In this document: positions 48,115 through 58,419 of the stretch, one piece after another | Position numbering within the stretch: position 1 is the first letter of the stretch | Layout of the letters: each line of letters opens with the position of its first letter | Assembly: GCA_050253415.1 (NCBI GenBank) | Contig: JBFWJC010000001.1 | Coordinates: forward strand, 256,001-320,000 | DNA: 64,000 nucleotides | From: Pedobacter sp. | GTDB lineage: Bacteria > Desulfobacterota > Desulfuromonadia > Desulfuromonadales > Syntrophotaleaceae | Direction: 5' to 3' | Notes under the pieces: generated by a model | What the model saw: only the letters and a program-made list of their open reading frames with translations | What the model was told of the DNA's origin: nothing | Databases searched by the model: none | Position numbers and translations under genes: made by a program

Positions 48115-48507
48115 CTAGCCACACTGGATGCTGGAAGTCAGGTTATATATCGCGATGTCCACTCCGCAATCCTGGCAGATTATCGCATTTTCCTGCGGGG
48201 TCAGGCAGCAAGGGCAGAGCTGGGTCGATATAGGTGAGTCGCACAATAACGAAACCGAGTTTCCCGTAGGGATCGGTTCCATGGCTTCGACAGTGCATAA
48301 AGCTCCAGCCCGCCGAAAAAGTTCCCAACAACGCCATGCGGCCTTGCGGTCGATTCCGGAACGCATGGCGGTCTTTCCGGAAAAAATACGATCCAGCGTC
48401 TGGGGACTGAATTGACAGAGTCTTTCCAGATTGGATCGTACCTGCTTGCGGGTCATCCCCGGAGTCAGGTGACCCGTAAACACCACCTTGAAAAGGGCCT
48501 TTTCCAT
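48115..48507 (-). CDS. Hypothetical protein with a C-terminal zinc ribbon
   Basis: FKVVFTG N-terminal domain, CPCC...ICQDCG, and a GGAAGG RBS. Confidence 0.55.
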   Translation of the reverse strand: MEKALFKVVFTGHLTPGMTRKQVRSNLERLCQFSPQTLDRIFSGKTAMRSGIDRKAAWRCWELFRRAGALCTVEAMEPIPTGNSVSLLCDSPISTQLCPCCLTPQENAIICQDCGVDIAIYNLTSSIQCG

Positions 48508-48682
48508 GCCTTCCCCCTTGAAATAGCGCCGTTTTTTACAGAGTTGGCTTTTTCGCTGCCCTCAAGAGTTGTACCCCTTAAGTCAATGCCTGCAGATAGT
48601 GAAACAACAACCGGATCTACCAATAGCACACATTAATGTTGTTTTGCTAAATGTTTTTTGGTACCCGGGGAAGCCAGGGAGG

Positions 48683-50830
48683 TTAGTTGTCGGTCAGGCT
48701 GGCGGCCAGCAGTTGGACGGAATGGACAACCCGGATCGGAGCAGTGTTCTTCTCCAGCAGGCCGCGTAACATGATCAGACATCCCGGACAATCTGCCGCC
48801 ACAACTTCGGCACCGGTGGCCAGGATGTCAGCAAGTTTATCCTTGGCGATGGCGCGGGCAATGGACGGTTGACCCAGTACCGAATAGGAACCGCCGAATC
48901 CGCAGCAGCGATCGGAGTGGGCCATCTCCGTCAGTTGCCAGCCGGCGCCAGCCAATAGCTGGCGCGGCTGCACGTGAACATTGGAGCCGCGGCGCAAATG
49001 GCAGGAATCGTGGTAGGTGACAGTTCCGGCGCTGCCCGGTGGGACAGCCGGCGAAGCGTCTGCAAGTTGTTCGACGAGCAGTACGGCCGCATCCCGGGTG
49101 ATGGCTGCCAGCCCTGCGGCGCAGTCGGCGAGAGCGGGGTCATCGGCCAGCAGCTCGGGGAAATGTTTGGTCAGTGCGGTGGTGCAAGTGGGGCAGACCG
49201 TGACCACCGCATCGGCCTGGGTCTGGGCCAGCGCCACAACATTCTGGCGAGCAAGTTCGGTGGCGGTTGCGGCATCCCCTGCATAAAGGGCCGGGATGCC
49301 GCAGCAGCTTTGTCCTTCGGGGTATACCAGTTCAATACTGAAATGCCGAAACAGACGGGCCAGCGCCAGTCCGATGTCCGGCAGGACAAATTCTGCGGCA
49401 CATCCTCCGAACAGGGCTACCCGCAGCCTCGGTGAGGCAACCCCAGGCTGTTCGGCCAACAGATCGCGCAACGGTCGCTCGGCGATGGCCGGCAGGGTGC
49501 GCCATTCGGTCAGGGAGGAAAAAAACAGCGGCAGGTGCCGAATGCTGGAGGCATTACCAGTGATCGGCTTCTGCAAGCGTGCGGCGGTTCGTAGCAGTCC
49601 GTGGAACAGCCGTCGGTTGCGCAGAACCCGTTTGAAGACCAGGTCCTTGATGGCGCCGACCCCTTCGCTCTCGGTCAGGCGGCGTCGCAAACCAAGGATG
49701 ATATGCTCAAGATCGATGTGCGCCGGGCAGACATTGACACAGGCGCGGCAGCCGATGCAGGCATGGATCAGTTCGGCGGCATCGTTCAGTCCGTGCAGGA
49801 AGGCCGTAAGCACGATACCGATGGCGCCGACATAGACATGCCCGAAAACGTGCCCGCCGATAGTCTGGTAGACCGGGCAGACATTGGCGCAGGCGCCGCA
49901 TCGAAGGCAGCGCCAGGCATCGCACGCTTCCTTCGACAAGGCCAGCTTGCTGCGACCGTTGTCGAGCAGTACGATATGCAATTCCCGCGGCTTCTCGCGG
50001 CCGGGCGACGGGCCCCGCAGCCAGGTCACATAGGAACTGGCCGCCTGGGCGGTGGCGTTGCGCGGCAGGACCTGCAGCACTCTGACGGCGTCTTCGAGAC
50101 TAGGAACCAGTTTGTCGATGCCGACCAGCACCACGTGCACCGGCGGTATGGTCGCTACCAGGCGGGCATTGCCTTCGTTGGTGACAAGAGCCAGGCTGCC
50201 ATCCTCAACCACTGCCAGATTGGCACCGCTGATGCCCATATCGGCGTTAAGAAATTCTTTGCGCAGGGTGCGCCGGGCGACCTCGACCAGGTGCGCGATA
50301 TCTTCCGACTCATGTTCCCCCGTCAACGTGCCGAATAGCTCCGCCACCTGATCCCGGAACATATGGATGGCCGGCATGACCATGTGGCTGGGACGCTGTC
50401 CGGCGAGTTGCACGATCCATTCGCCAAGATCGGTTTCGACCACCCGCATACCTATGTCTTCCAGGGCATGATTGAGGGCGATCTCCTCGCCGGCCATGCT
50501 TTTACTCTTGACGGCCAGGTGCGCTTCGTGACGTTGTGCCAGTTCGGTTATATAGGTATTGGCTGCCTGTGCATCCTGGGCCAGGAAAACCTTGGCTCCG
50601 GTTGCTTCGGCCTGTTGCATGAACAGTTTCAGCTGATGCGGCCAGTCATCGCGTACCGTATCCTTCATGGCGGCGATAGCATGGCGCAGGCCCTCAAAGT
50701 CGAGGTCGGCAAAGGCTTCGGCCCGGGCTGCCAGATAAGCGTCCCCAAAACGATGCAAGGCATCCTGGCGGCGAACATCGGACAGGGCTTGATCGATAAG
50801 GTGGCGATAATGGCGGGCACGACGGCTCAT
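48683..50830 (-). CDS. Fused LUD/4Fe-4S/CCG lactate-utilisation protein (LutB-LutA-like)
   Basis: KSKSM, ETDLGE, NEGN, CLRCGACANVCP, CIGCRACVNVCP, CCG, YHDSCH and CCGFGG motifs. Confidence 0.85.
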   Translation of the reverse strand: MSRRARHYRHLIDQALSDVRRQDALHRFGDAYLAARAEAFADLDFEGLRHAIAAMKDTVRDDWPHQLKLFMQQAEATGAKVFLAQDAQAANTYITELAQRHEAHLAVKSKSMAGEEIALNHALEDIGMRVVETDLGEWIVQLAGQRPSHMVMPAIHMFRDQVAELFGTLTGEHESEDIAHLVEVARRTLRKEFLNADMGISGANLAVVEDGSLALVTNEGNARLVATIPPVHVVLVGIDKLVPSLEDAVRVLQVLPRNATAQAASSYVTWLRGPSPGREKPRELHIVLLDNGRSKLALSKEACDAWRCLRCGACANVCPVYQTIGGHVFGHVYVGAIGIVLTAFLHGLNDAAELIHACIGCRACVNVCPAHIDLEHIILGLRRRLTESEGVGAIKDLVFKRVLRNRRLFHGLLRTAARLQKPITGNASSIRHLPLFFSSLTEWRTLPAIAERPLRDLLAEQPGVASPRLRVALFGGCAAEFVLPDIGLALARLFRHFSIELVYPEGQSCCGIPALYAGDAATATELARQNVVALAQTQADAVVTVCPTCTTALTKHFPELLADDPALADCAAGLAAITRDAAVLLVEQLADASPAVPPGSAGTVTYHDSCHLRRGSNVHVQPRQLLAGAGWQLTEMAHSDRCCGFGGSYSVLGQPSIARAIAKDKLADILATGAEVVAADCPGCLIMLRGLLEKNTAPIRVVHSVQLLAASLTDN

Positions 50831-50841
50831 GTCCAATTCCT

Positions 50842-51408
50842 TCAGCTTTCGAGAAAATCGTCGGACAACCCATCGAGCAGCAGGATATGCAACTCCCGGG
50901 GTCCATGGGCACCGATAGTCAAGACTCGTTCGATGTCGGCTGTGCGGCTCGGGCCGGTAATAAACGCGATAAAGTCAGGGCTTTGTCGGCTGTGCAGACG
51001 CCTGAGAAGAGGCACCGCCGCCATGTGGTCGGGCAGGATTTTATGCGGATTGAGCAAGACGAAGTGGCGCTCGGGCAAGGTGCTGGCAAGGCGAATGGCC
51101 TGCGCGGTGGACTCAATGACCACCGTGCCGGTGTCGGCCAGGCCGAAGTTGGCGCCGGTAATGCCGGCCGCGGCGGTGGCTGCCGCATGAAACAGGTCGC
51201 CGCAGATGACCTCGGCACCCTGTTCCCGCAGTAATTTTGCCAGGTTAAGTTGGCGGGCTGCCGGAAAGTCCGGCAAAACAATGTTGCCGCCGGCATGCCG
51301 GACGATATAGTCGACAGCAGCCTGGGTCGATAGACAGTGCACCGTACGTGCGCCAACCCGGCTGGCTGCCTGGCAGAATTGCTCGAAAAGCATTTCAGGT
51401 GTTTTCAT
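50842..51408 (-). CDS. LUD-domain protein (LutC/YkgG-like)
   Basis: ADTGTVV and ITGPSRTADIERVLTIGAHGP motifs. Confidence 0.88.
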   Translation of the reverse strand: MKTPEMLFEQFCQAASRVGARTVHCLSTQAAVDYIVRHAGGNIVLPDFPAARQLNLAKLLREQGAEVICGDLFHAAATAAAGITGANFGLADTGTVVIESTAQAIRLASTLPERHFVLLNPHKILPDHMAAVPLLRRLHSRQSPDFIAFITGPSRTADIERVLTIGAHGPRELHILLLDGLSDDFLES

Positions 51409-51433
51409 GAAAGGTCGCGACCCCGATCGTCGC

Positions 51434-52183
51434 TCAGGCACCGCGTCCGGATTTGAAACGCTTGAGCCAGAGCTGGAATTCCTTTTCTTCGTGTTCCAGT
51501 TCGAAGGCGTTGATCAAGCCGCGGCGCAAGGCCACGGCGACGGAACGGTTGCGCAGGTTGAAAGCATCCCCGACTTTTTCGCCATGGAATTGTTCCTGAT
51601 CGACGCCAAGTTTGTTGTACAGGGAATTGAGGCGGCTCTGTACCCCCCGTCGCGAAAGATAACGTCGCTGGGCAATCAGGTTGTCGGTCAACCCCAGGGA
51701 AATATCGAGCAGCGCTTCGAATTCGATATCGGACAAAGCTGTCTGGCTATGCCCGGTGCGTCCTTGTACCTTACGCACTTCAGGGTCGATCCAGCATTGT
51801 TCCTCCAGCAGCACGGTGCGGATGGCGGATACGATGCGGTCGCGCGGATTGGACTTGAGAATGTAACCGTAAACGGTCTCAGGCGGGACGATGCGTGACA
51901 GCGTGCGCACATACATTTCGTCCTTGAACTGGCTCCAGAATACGATGCGGGCCTGGGGTTTGCGTTTCCAGAGGTTGCGCGCCAGCTCGATACCGTTCAT
52001 TTCCGGCATCTGGATATCGCTGATCAACAGCGGCTGCTCCAGTTGCAGGGCCAGTTCCAGGGCCGCCATGCCGTTGGGAGCCCGGTCGATCTGACAGGTT
52101 TCCTCCCACCCCTTGATCAGCAGTTCCAGAAATTCAAAATCACGTGGATTGTCTTCCGCGATTACAATGCGCACATCGGTCAT
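51434..52183 (-). CDS. Response regulator (REC plus LuxR-like HTH)
   Basis: IAEDN, SDIQMPEMNG, GYILK and GLTDNLIA...LYNKLG motifs. Confidence 0.88.
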   Translation of the reverse strand: MTDVRIVIAEDNPRDFEFLELLIKGWEETCQIDRAPNGMAALELALQLEQPLLISDIQMPEMNGIELARNLWKRKPQARIVFWSQFKDEMYVRTLSRIVPPETVYGYILKSNPRDRIVSAIRTVLLEEQCWIDPEVRKVQGRTGHSQTALSDIEFEALLDISLGLTDNLIAQRRYLSRRGVQSRLNSLYNKLGVDQEQFHGEKVGDAFNLRNRSVAVALRRGLINAFELEHEEKEFQLWLKRFKSGRGA

Positions 52184-52188
52184 CCGTG

Positions 52189-53595
52189 TCAGTCCTCCTG
52201 GCTGCTGCCGGTCGGTACCGGCAGGGTCAGTTCAAAGCGGGTACCGCTGGAAAAACGCGAGCTGCTCCATCGCACCTGGGCACCGATGGTCCGTGCGCGT
52301 TCACGGATATTGTTCAATCCCCGACCGGCGCGCATGGCAACCTGTTCAAGATCGAAGCCTATGCCATTGTCTTCAATGGAAAGCATCACCTGGTCGCCGC
52401 AAACATTCAGATTCACTTCATAGCGCGAAGACCGCGCATGCTTGATGACATTGTGGACGGCCTCGACCGCAATGCGGTAAAGGGTCAGTTTCTGCAGGCG
52501 CGTCAAGCCGGTGTTGTCGATCTCCGGCGAAATGTAGAGATGATACTCCGGCATGTCCCCTTTGCCGAGGTGGCGCTCCAGGTGGGATTCCAGTGCCGCA
52601 CCCAGTCCCAGAATGTCGAGGGTCTGGGGGTGCAGGTTGTCCATCAACTGGCGCAGGTTGGCAATCGCCCGTAATAGATCCTCTTCCAGGGTGCAGACTT
52701 CGTTGCGCAGTTCCCCTTCCGCGGACAGGCTTTGCAAGCCGCGCAGGATGCCCGACAGATCGCACAGTGTCTGATCATGGATATCCATGGCAATGCGGCG
52801 GCGTTCTTCCTCAGCCCCTTCCAGCAGTTTTTCGGTTCCGACCACCCGGATAAGCTGATCGGTCATGTGGTTGATCGACAGAGCCAGATCATCCAGTTCG
52901 TCGCGCACCGGGTTGGGTGCGGGGGGCGGCGCCAGATCTCCCCGCACGATGCGGCCGGCACTGTCGCTGAGAGTCTGCACCCGCCGCAGAATGCCGCGGG
53001 CGAAAAACAGTGACAGCAGGATGCCGACGGGAATGGCTGCACCGAGGACAAATACGGATACCACTGCCGCCCTGTCCGTAAGATTGTCGAGATCTTTGCT
53101 GTTGGGCGGGGGCGAATCCTTGCGCATCTGCTTGGTCTGCTCGTTGAGTTTCAACAGGTTGGGGCGCAGCTGCTCCAGTCCTTCCGTAAAAACCCAGATG
53201 TTGAACTCATCCTGTTTGGGATAAACCGCCTCGACCGCACGGGCCAGCTCCTGCGCCTGTTCTTCGGGTAGAACCATGTATTTCTGCAGACGTTCAAGGC
53301 CGCTGGCCAGGTGGGCATAGGCCTGATCGAGATCGCGGAGCAGGGCATCCAGATTTTCGTAGCTGGCCTGCCCGCTTTTCACCAGTACCTGGTACTGGTG
53401 GACAGAGTCGTCCATCACCCGGGCCGCGATATTTGCTTCGGTAATCCCCATGAGGATCGCTCCGACCCCTTCGGCCTGTTCGCGCTTTCGGGACAGATCC
53501 ATATAGGTGTATTGCAAAAAAATCAGCAGCAGGGTCATCAATAGCAACACTGCCGCCGGTGCAATCAATATCTGATGTTTGAGAGTCAGTCGCAT
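52189..53595 (-). CDS. Membrane sensor histidine kinase (HAMP plus HisKA_3)
   Basis: Two transmembrane segments, HAMP (DELDDLA), ERRRIAMDIHD, EAVHNVIKHA, DNGIGF and GRGL. Confidence 0.9.
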   Translation of the reverse strand: MRLTLKHQILIAPAAVLLLMTLLLIFLQYTYMDLSRKREQAEGVGAILMGITEANIAARVMDDSVHQYQVLVKSGQASYENLDALLRDLDQAYAHLASGLERLQKYMVLPEEQAQELARAVEAVYPKQDEFNIWVFTEGLEQLRPNLLKLNEQTKQMRKDSPPPNSKDLDNLTDRAAVVSVFVLGAAIPVGILLSLFFARGILRRVQTLSDSAGRIVRGDLAPPPAPNPVRDELDDLALSINHMTDQLIRVVGTEKLLEGAEEERRRIAMDIHDQTLCDLSGILRGLQSLSAEGELRNEVCTLEEDLLRAIANLRQLMDNLHPQTLDILGLGAALESHLERHLGKGDMPEYHLYISPEIDNTGLTRLQKLTLYRIAVEAVHNVIKHARSSRYEVNLNVCGDQVMLSIEDNGIGFDLEQVAMRAGRGLNNIRERARTIGAQVRWSSSRFSSGTRFELTLPVPTGSSQED

Positions 53596-53661
53596 GACGG
53601 GCAAGATAACATAAAATTTATGTTGATGCACTGTGCTTCAGCACAGCCCCAAACCGTTGTT

Positions 53662-54675
53662 TCAAGCGCAGGGAGGGACATCCTCTCCGGCGAAAGCGGC
53701 CCGGGCTTCCCGCTCCAGATTTTCCGGGCTGCGCTGGTAGCGCGGCGAATGGTGAAAGACCTGCAGGCGGGCCACTCGAGCCAGGTATGCCAGACGTCCC
53801 GCCTGCCAGGCCGTCAAGTGGTTTCGCTGTCGTGCCCGCTCAAGGTCGCGGTGCGCAAACATCGCTTCGATATTCAATATATGTGCGTTTCGGGCCAGCT
53901 CCAGGATGCGTCGGAAATTGCCGAACACCGGTGAACAGTCGGTGACATAAACGACTTTCATCCCTTCCTCCGTCGACGCGATCGCTTCGCGCAGCACGCC
54001 AAGGGGAACCGAACACGTGCCACCCGTCGACAGAGGTACCATGACGTCCGTATCGGGGGCGGAATTTCGCAGAATCAGGTCCTTGAAGTGGACCAGCCAG
54101 GGGCCGGGCATATAGTCATGGCGCTCCAGCGCATCTTTGTGAATGGCAATATGCAGCGGTTCTTCCAGGGAGAAGGCCAGGGACACGATATCCCCATGCG
54201 TCAGACGTGAGGCCCGTATCCGGTACCAGGGGGTCTCATGCAGAATGTCGTTGTGGCAAGGCAACAGGCGCTCTGAATGGGGCCGGAATGCCTGGCTGGC
54301 CGGGAAGGTCACCTCCCGAATCCCTTCGGGCCGCCATTCGCGTACCGTCAATACGAACGGATAGCCATCGACCAGATTCCAGGTATAACCCTGCAGGCGT
54401 GCGGCTATCTGCTTTGCCAGGCCGGCCGGTCCGTACATCAGCAAGGTCAGATCTCTGGCCAGAAAGGTGCGCAGCAGCAGGTCGAACCCGACCAGATGAT
54501 CGATATGAGCGTGGGAAAGAAACAGCAGGCGGGTTTTGAGCAGCTCCCCGGGCGCAAGGGCATGCAGGTCGCCACAGTCGAACAGTAGCGCCTCGCCCCG
54601 GTAGGCGAGGCGCACATACAGCGCCGGATCACCGAAGGGGCCGTTGACAAGCCGGGGGAAAAAAACCGATCGCAT
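53662..54675 (-). CDS. Ribonuclease Z-like metallo-beta-lactamase
   Basis: NGPFGDP, LFDCG, SHAHIDH, YVTD, HLTA and HHSPRY motifs. Confidence 0.75.
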   Translation of the reverse strand: MRSVFFPRLVNGPFGDPALYVRLAYRGEALLFDCGDLHALAPGELLKTRLLFLSHAHIDHLVGFDLLLRTFLARDLTLLMYGPAGLAKQIAARLQGYTWNLVDGYPFVLTVREWRPEGIREVTFPASQAFRPHSERLLPCHNDILHETPWYRIRASRLTHGDIVSLAFSLEEPLHIAIHKDALERHDYMPGPWLVHFKDLILRNSAPDTDVMVPLSTGGTCSVPLGVLREAIASTEEGMKVVYVTDCSPVFGNFRRILELARNAHILNIEAMFAHRDLERARQRNHLTAWQAGRLAYLARVARLQVFHHSPRYQRSPENLEREARAAFAGEDVPPCA

Positions 54676-54709
54676 CGGTTATGCCTTCCTGGTGCGGGGC
54701 CGCCATGGT

Positions 54710-54741
54710 GCCGGTCGTTGTCATGTTGGACAACGACCGGC
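54710..54741. other. 13-bp-stem hairpin between degP and the RNase Z-like gene
   Basis: GCCGGTCGTTGTC-ATGTTG-GACAACGACCGGC, with no U-tract. Confidence 0.5.
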
Positions 54742-54753
54742 GAGACCGGCAAT

Positions 54754-56127
54754 TCATTTGGTTTTTACAGTAGTGTAAATGGTCTGATCGCGGCGTTGAA
54801 CCAGCAGTCGCACTACCTTGTCGCTGCCTATTTTGCTCAGCAACTGCCGCAACGCGGAGGTTGAGGTAACGGAAGTACCGTTGACTTCCAGGATAACGTC
54901 GCCGGCGAGCACTTTCTCCGAGGCGGGACCGTTCGGTTCGACAGCTGTAACCAGCACGCCCTTTTCAACGCTCAGGCGATAGCGGCTGGCCACTTCGGGA
55001 GTGATATCGGTCAACGACAGACCGAGCGCCATCTCGGCTTTTTTCTCTTTGGTTTCTGCCGGTTGTTTTTCCTGGGAACCGATGGTCACATTGATGTGTT
55101 TCTGGCGTCCGTCACGGAACAGGGTCAGCCGCGCTTTCCCGCCAACCGGCAGGTCTGCCACCTTCTTGGGGAGATCGGCGAGGGTTTTGAGCGTTTCGCC
55201 GTTAACCTCAAGGATGATATCGCCTCTTTGCAAACCGGCCTTCTGGGCGGGGGATCCCTCCTGGACATCGGTAATCAGGGCGCCGCCGGCTTTTTTCAAG
55301 CCGAAAGAATCCGCCAGGTCCTGGGTGACTTCTTGTACCGATACGCCGATCCAGCCGCGAACCACATGGCCGGTATCCCGCAGTTGCGGGAGAATGCTTT
55401 TTGCCGCATTAACCGGTATGGCAAAGCCGATACCCTGTCCGCCGGCCACGATGGCAGTATTGATCCCAATTACCTGGCCGGCCTCGTTAAACAGTGGGCC
55501 GCCAGAATTGCCGGGATTGATGGAGGCGTCCGTCTGGATAAAGTCGTCGTAAGGCCCGGCGCCGATCACCCGTCCCTTGGCAGAGACGATGCCGACGGTT
55601 ACGGTCTGTTCCAATCCAAAAGGGTTGCCAATGGCCATGACCCATTCACCGACCTTGAGCTTGTCACTGTCACCCAGTTCGGCGACCGGCAACTGTTCCT
55701 GTCCCACATCGATCTTGACCAGCGCCAGGTCAAGTTTAGGATCGAGACCCTGAACGGCACCACTGAATTCGCGGCCGTCAGAAAGGCGCACTTTGATGAC
55801 ATCGGCTTCATCCACCACGTGATCATTGGTCAGGATGTAGCCATCGGCTGAAATGATGAAACCGGATCCCAGGGAGCGCTCCTTGCGGGGCGTCTGCTGT
55901 CCCTGAAAGAAGCGATCAAAGAATTCCTCCAAAAAATCGTTGTAGGGAGATGGCTGTCCGGGGAAAACCGGTCTTTGGGAGCGAACGGTTTTTGACGTAC
56001 TTATGTTGACGACCGAGGGCTTGAGGTTTCCCGCCAGTTCGGCAAAGTCGGGAACCGCAAACGCCTGGGCGGCCAGCAGCAGCAACGCCACGCAACCAAA
56101 TAGAATTCGACACGACTTGACCTTCAT
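54754..56127 (-). CDS. DegP/DegQ (Do-family) serine protease with two PDZ domains
   Basis: SLGSGFII, TNDHVV, DLAL and QTDASINPGNSGGPL motifs; GGAGG RBS before MKVKSC. Confidence 0.93.
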   Translation of the reverse strand: MKVKSCRILFGCVALLLLAAQAFAVPDFAELAGNLKPSVVNISTSKTVRSQRPVFPGQPSPYNDFLEEFFDRFFQGQQTPRKERSLGSGFIISADGYILTNDHVVDEADVIKVRLSDGREFSGAVQGLDPKLDLALVKIDVGQEQLPVAELGDSDKLKVGEWVMAIGNPFGLEQTVTVGIVSAKGRVIGAGPYDDFIQTDASINPGNSGGPLFNEAGQVIGINTAIVAGGQGIGFAIPVNAAKSILPQLRDTGHVVRGWIGVSVQEVTQDLADSFGLKKAGGALITDVQEGSPAQKAGLQRGDIILEVNGETLKTLADLPKKVADLPVGGKARLTLFRDGRQKHINVTIGSQEKQPAETKEKKAEMALGLSLTDITPEVASRYRLSVEKGVLVTAVEPNGPASEKVLAGDVILEVNGTSVTSTSALRQLLSKIGSDKVVRLLVQRRDQTIYTTVKTK

Positions 56128-56307
56128 GGATATCCTCCGCATAAGTGATGATAGCTGGTTGGAATCCCCCGTTGCAAAACGTGGTTAGCTGAAAATGTAA
56201 TCATTCGGAACGGATGTGTCAACTCGGAGGGGATGCTACCAGGGCTGCCGCAGGTCCGGCAGTGGAGGGAGAAGCCAAACGCGGAGCGGCCTAAGTCGCC
56301 TCACCCG

Positions 56308-57747
56308 CTAGGATGGGGAGTGGTCGTTGTCGGAGGAATTTTGTGGTCCCCGGCTAGGCAGATAAACGGTAAAGGCGCTGCCCGCCCCGTTGACCGAGGC
56401 AACCTCGACGCGTCCGCCATGGGCCTTGACAAACGATTCAACGATAGCCAGTCCGAGGCCGGTGCCACCATCCTCACGATTGCGCGCTTTATCAACACGG
56501 TAAAAACGATCGAAAATATACGGCAGATGTTCGGGCGGGATACCGATTCCGGTATCGGAGACTTTGACAACCGCCTCTTCGTCCGCCACGGACAGGGAAA
56601 TTTCGACGCGGCCGTTTTCCGGTGTATAGTTGACGGCGTTGGCGATCAGATTGAGAAAAACCTGGCGTAAACGCATCTCGTCACCCAGAATGCGGATTTC
56701 CTCGGTCACATTGGGGTTGAGTACCAACTCGATAGATTTTGGCTGAGCCAACGAGCGGCCCTGCATGTAGAGTTCCTGCAGCAGGTCACTGAGGCTCATT
56801 TCCTTGATGGTCAGGGGTTTCTGGCCTGCTTCACTCTTGGCCAGTAGCAGCAGATCCTCGATGATCCGGTTCATCCGGTCGATCTCTTCCATGTTCGAGG
56901 CGAGGATCTTGCGAAACTCCTCCGGTTTCTTAGCCCAGCGCAGGGCCACTTCGGTTTCCCCTTTAAGGATTGTCAGGGGGGTGCGCAACTCGTGGGAGGC
57001 ATCGCCGGAAAACTGTTTGATTTTGCGGAAAGATTCTTCCAGACGCCCCAGCATGGCATTGAAGGTTTCTGCAAGATGGGAGAGTTCGTCGCCGGAGGAA
57101 CGAACCGGCAAGCGGTGCGAGAGGCTGTCCACATTGATGCGACGCATGGCTCGGGTGAGGTTTTCAACCGGTGCCAGGGCCCTTCCGGCCAGAAACCAGC
57201 CCAGAATGGCCACCAACAGCAAGGCCATGGGACTGAATACCAGCAGCAGCGTGCGGAGTTCCTGCAGAGGTTCCTGAACCAGGCCCAGACCGGTGCCAAC
57301 CTGCAGGAACAACACCTCATTCGTGCTGGTCGTCAGCGCCAGGGTCAGAAGGCGCATCGGATAGGGACCGGCTTTATCCCTGGCGGTTTCCAGCACCATC
57401 CCTTGCACAGCCGCCGTCTTTAGCGTCTTGAGGTCTACGGACGGCGCATTGCCGATACTGCTGCACCCATCGCACAGCGATTGACCGGCGCCATCCACCA
57501 GCCGAAAAAAATGCCCCTGCCGATGGCGCCGGACGAATTCGCAGAAAACCCGGCATCGATCCTGCCCGGAAAAGCCCTGCGCCAAGGCAGGGCTTTCATC
57601 GGTCAATTTGATCAGTCGCTGGTCTGTCTGTCGCAGCAGACTGCTTGACAGTTGCTGGTACCAGACACAGCCGCTCACCACCAGCACCACGACGATTGTC
57701 AGGGTGTACCAGGCGGTAAGCCGAAATCGCAGGGAGTGGAAGAACAA
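56308..57747 (-). CDS. Sensor histidine kinase (heavy-metal sensor-like, HAMP plus HisKA)
   Basis: SLRFRL, DASHELRTPL, NLIANA, DTGIGI and GTGLGLAI motifs. Confidence 0.9.
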   Translation of the reverse strand: MFFHSLRFRLTAWYTLTIVVVLVVSGCVWYQQLSSSLLRQTDQRLIKLTDESPALAQGFSGQDRCRVFCEFVRRHRQGHFFRLVDGAGQSLCDGCSSIGNAPSVDLKTLKTAAVQGMVLETARDKAGPYPMRLLTLALTTSTNEVLFLQVGTGLGLVQEPLQELRTLLLVFSPMALLLVAILGWFLAGRALAPVENLTRAMRRINVDSLSHRLPVRSSGDELSHLAETFNAMLGRLEESFRKIKQFSGDASHELRTPLTILKGETEVALRWAKKPEEFRKILASNMEEIDRMNRIIEDLLLLAKSEAGQKPLTIKEMSLSDLLQELYMQGRSLAQPKSIELVLNPNVTEEIRILGDEMRLRQVFLNLIANAVNYTPENGRVEISLSVADEEAVVKVSDTGIGIPPEHLPYIFDRFYRVDKARNREDGGTGLGLAIVESFVKAHGGRVEVASVNGAGSAFTVYLPSRGPQNSSDNDHSPS

Positions 57748-58419
57748 TCAGCCCTCCTTGAGGACGTACCCCACGCCGCGCACGGTGTGAATCAGTTTTT
57801 TGTCGAAATCCCGATCGACTTTCTTGCGCAGGTAGTTGACATACACGTCGATAATATTGGTAAACGAGTCGAAGGTGTAGTCCCACACATGTTCGGCGAT
57901 CATGGCCCGGGTAAGGACCTGGTTGGGATTGCGGATGAAGTATTCGAGCAGGGCGTATTCCTTTGCCGTCAGATCGATTTCCTGGTCAGAGCGCCAGACT
58001 TTGTGCGTAACAGGATCCAGGCGCAGATCGGCAAAGTTAATTTCGGCACCGCGATCTTTGGCACTACGGCGCAACAAGGCCTTAACGCGAGCCAGCAATT
58101 CACTGAAGGCGAAAGGCTTGGTCAGGTAGTCGTCGCTGCCTGAATCCAGCCCGGAAACGATATCCTCAACCGAGTCCTTGGCGGTCAGGCAAAGTACCGG
58201 CGTTGCTACATCTTTGGCGCGCAGTTCCTTAATGACTTCCAAGCCATCCTTTTTGGGCAGCATGAGGTCCATCAGGATGATGTCATAAGGGTTGTTTTCG
58301 GCCAGATAGAGACCTTCTTCGCCGTCAAAAGCCACATCCACGGTGAATGCTTCCTCTTCGAGGCCCCGCTTAATGAAGCTTGCTACTTTTTTTTCATCTT
58401 CTACGACGAGTACGCGCAT
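57748..58419 (-). CDS. OmpR-family response regulator (CusR/CzcR-like)
   Basis: MRVLVVEDE, DLMLP, DDYLTKPF, NIIDVYVNYLR and TVRGVGY motifs. Confidence 0.92.
   Translation of the reverse strand: MRVLVVEDEKKVASFIKRGLEEEAFTVDVAFDGEEGLYLAENNPYDIILMDLMLPKKDGLEVIKELRAKDVATPVLCLTAKDSVEDIVSGLDSGSDDYLTKPFAFSELLARVKALLRRSAKDRGAEINFADLRLDPVTHKVWRSDQEIDLTAKEYALLEYFIRNPNQVLTRAMIAEHVWDYTFDSFTNIIDVYVNYLRKKVDRDFDKKLIHTVRGVGYVLKEG

Noticed and set aside
47855..48124. Possible frameshifted continuation of the 48115-48507 gene
   Set aside because: No recognisable motif or slippery site; cannot be supported without a homology search.
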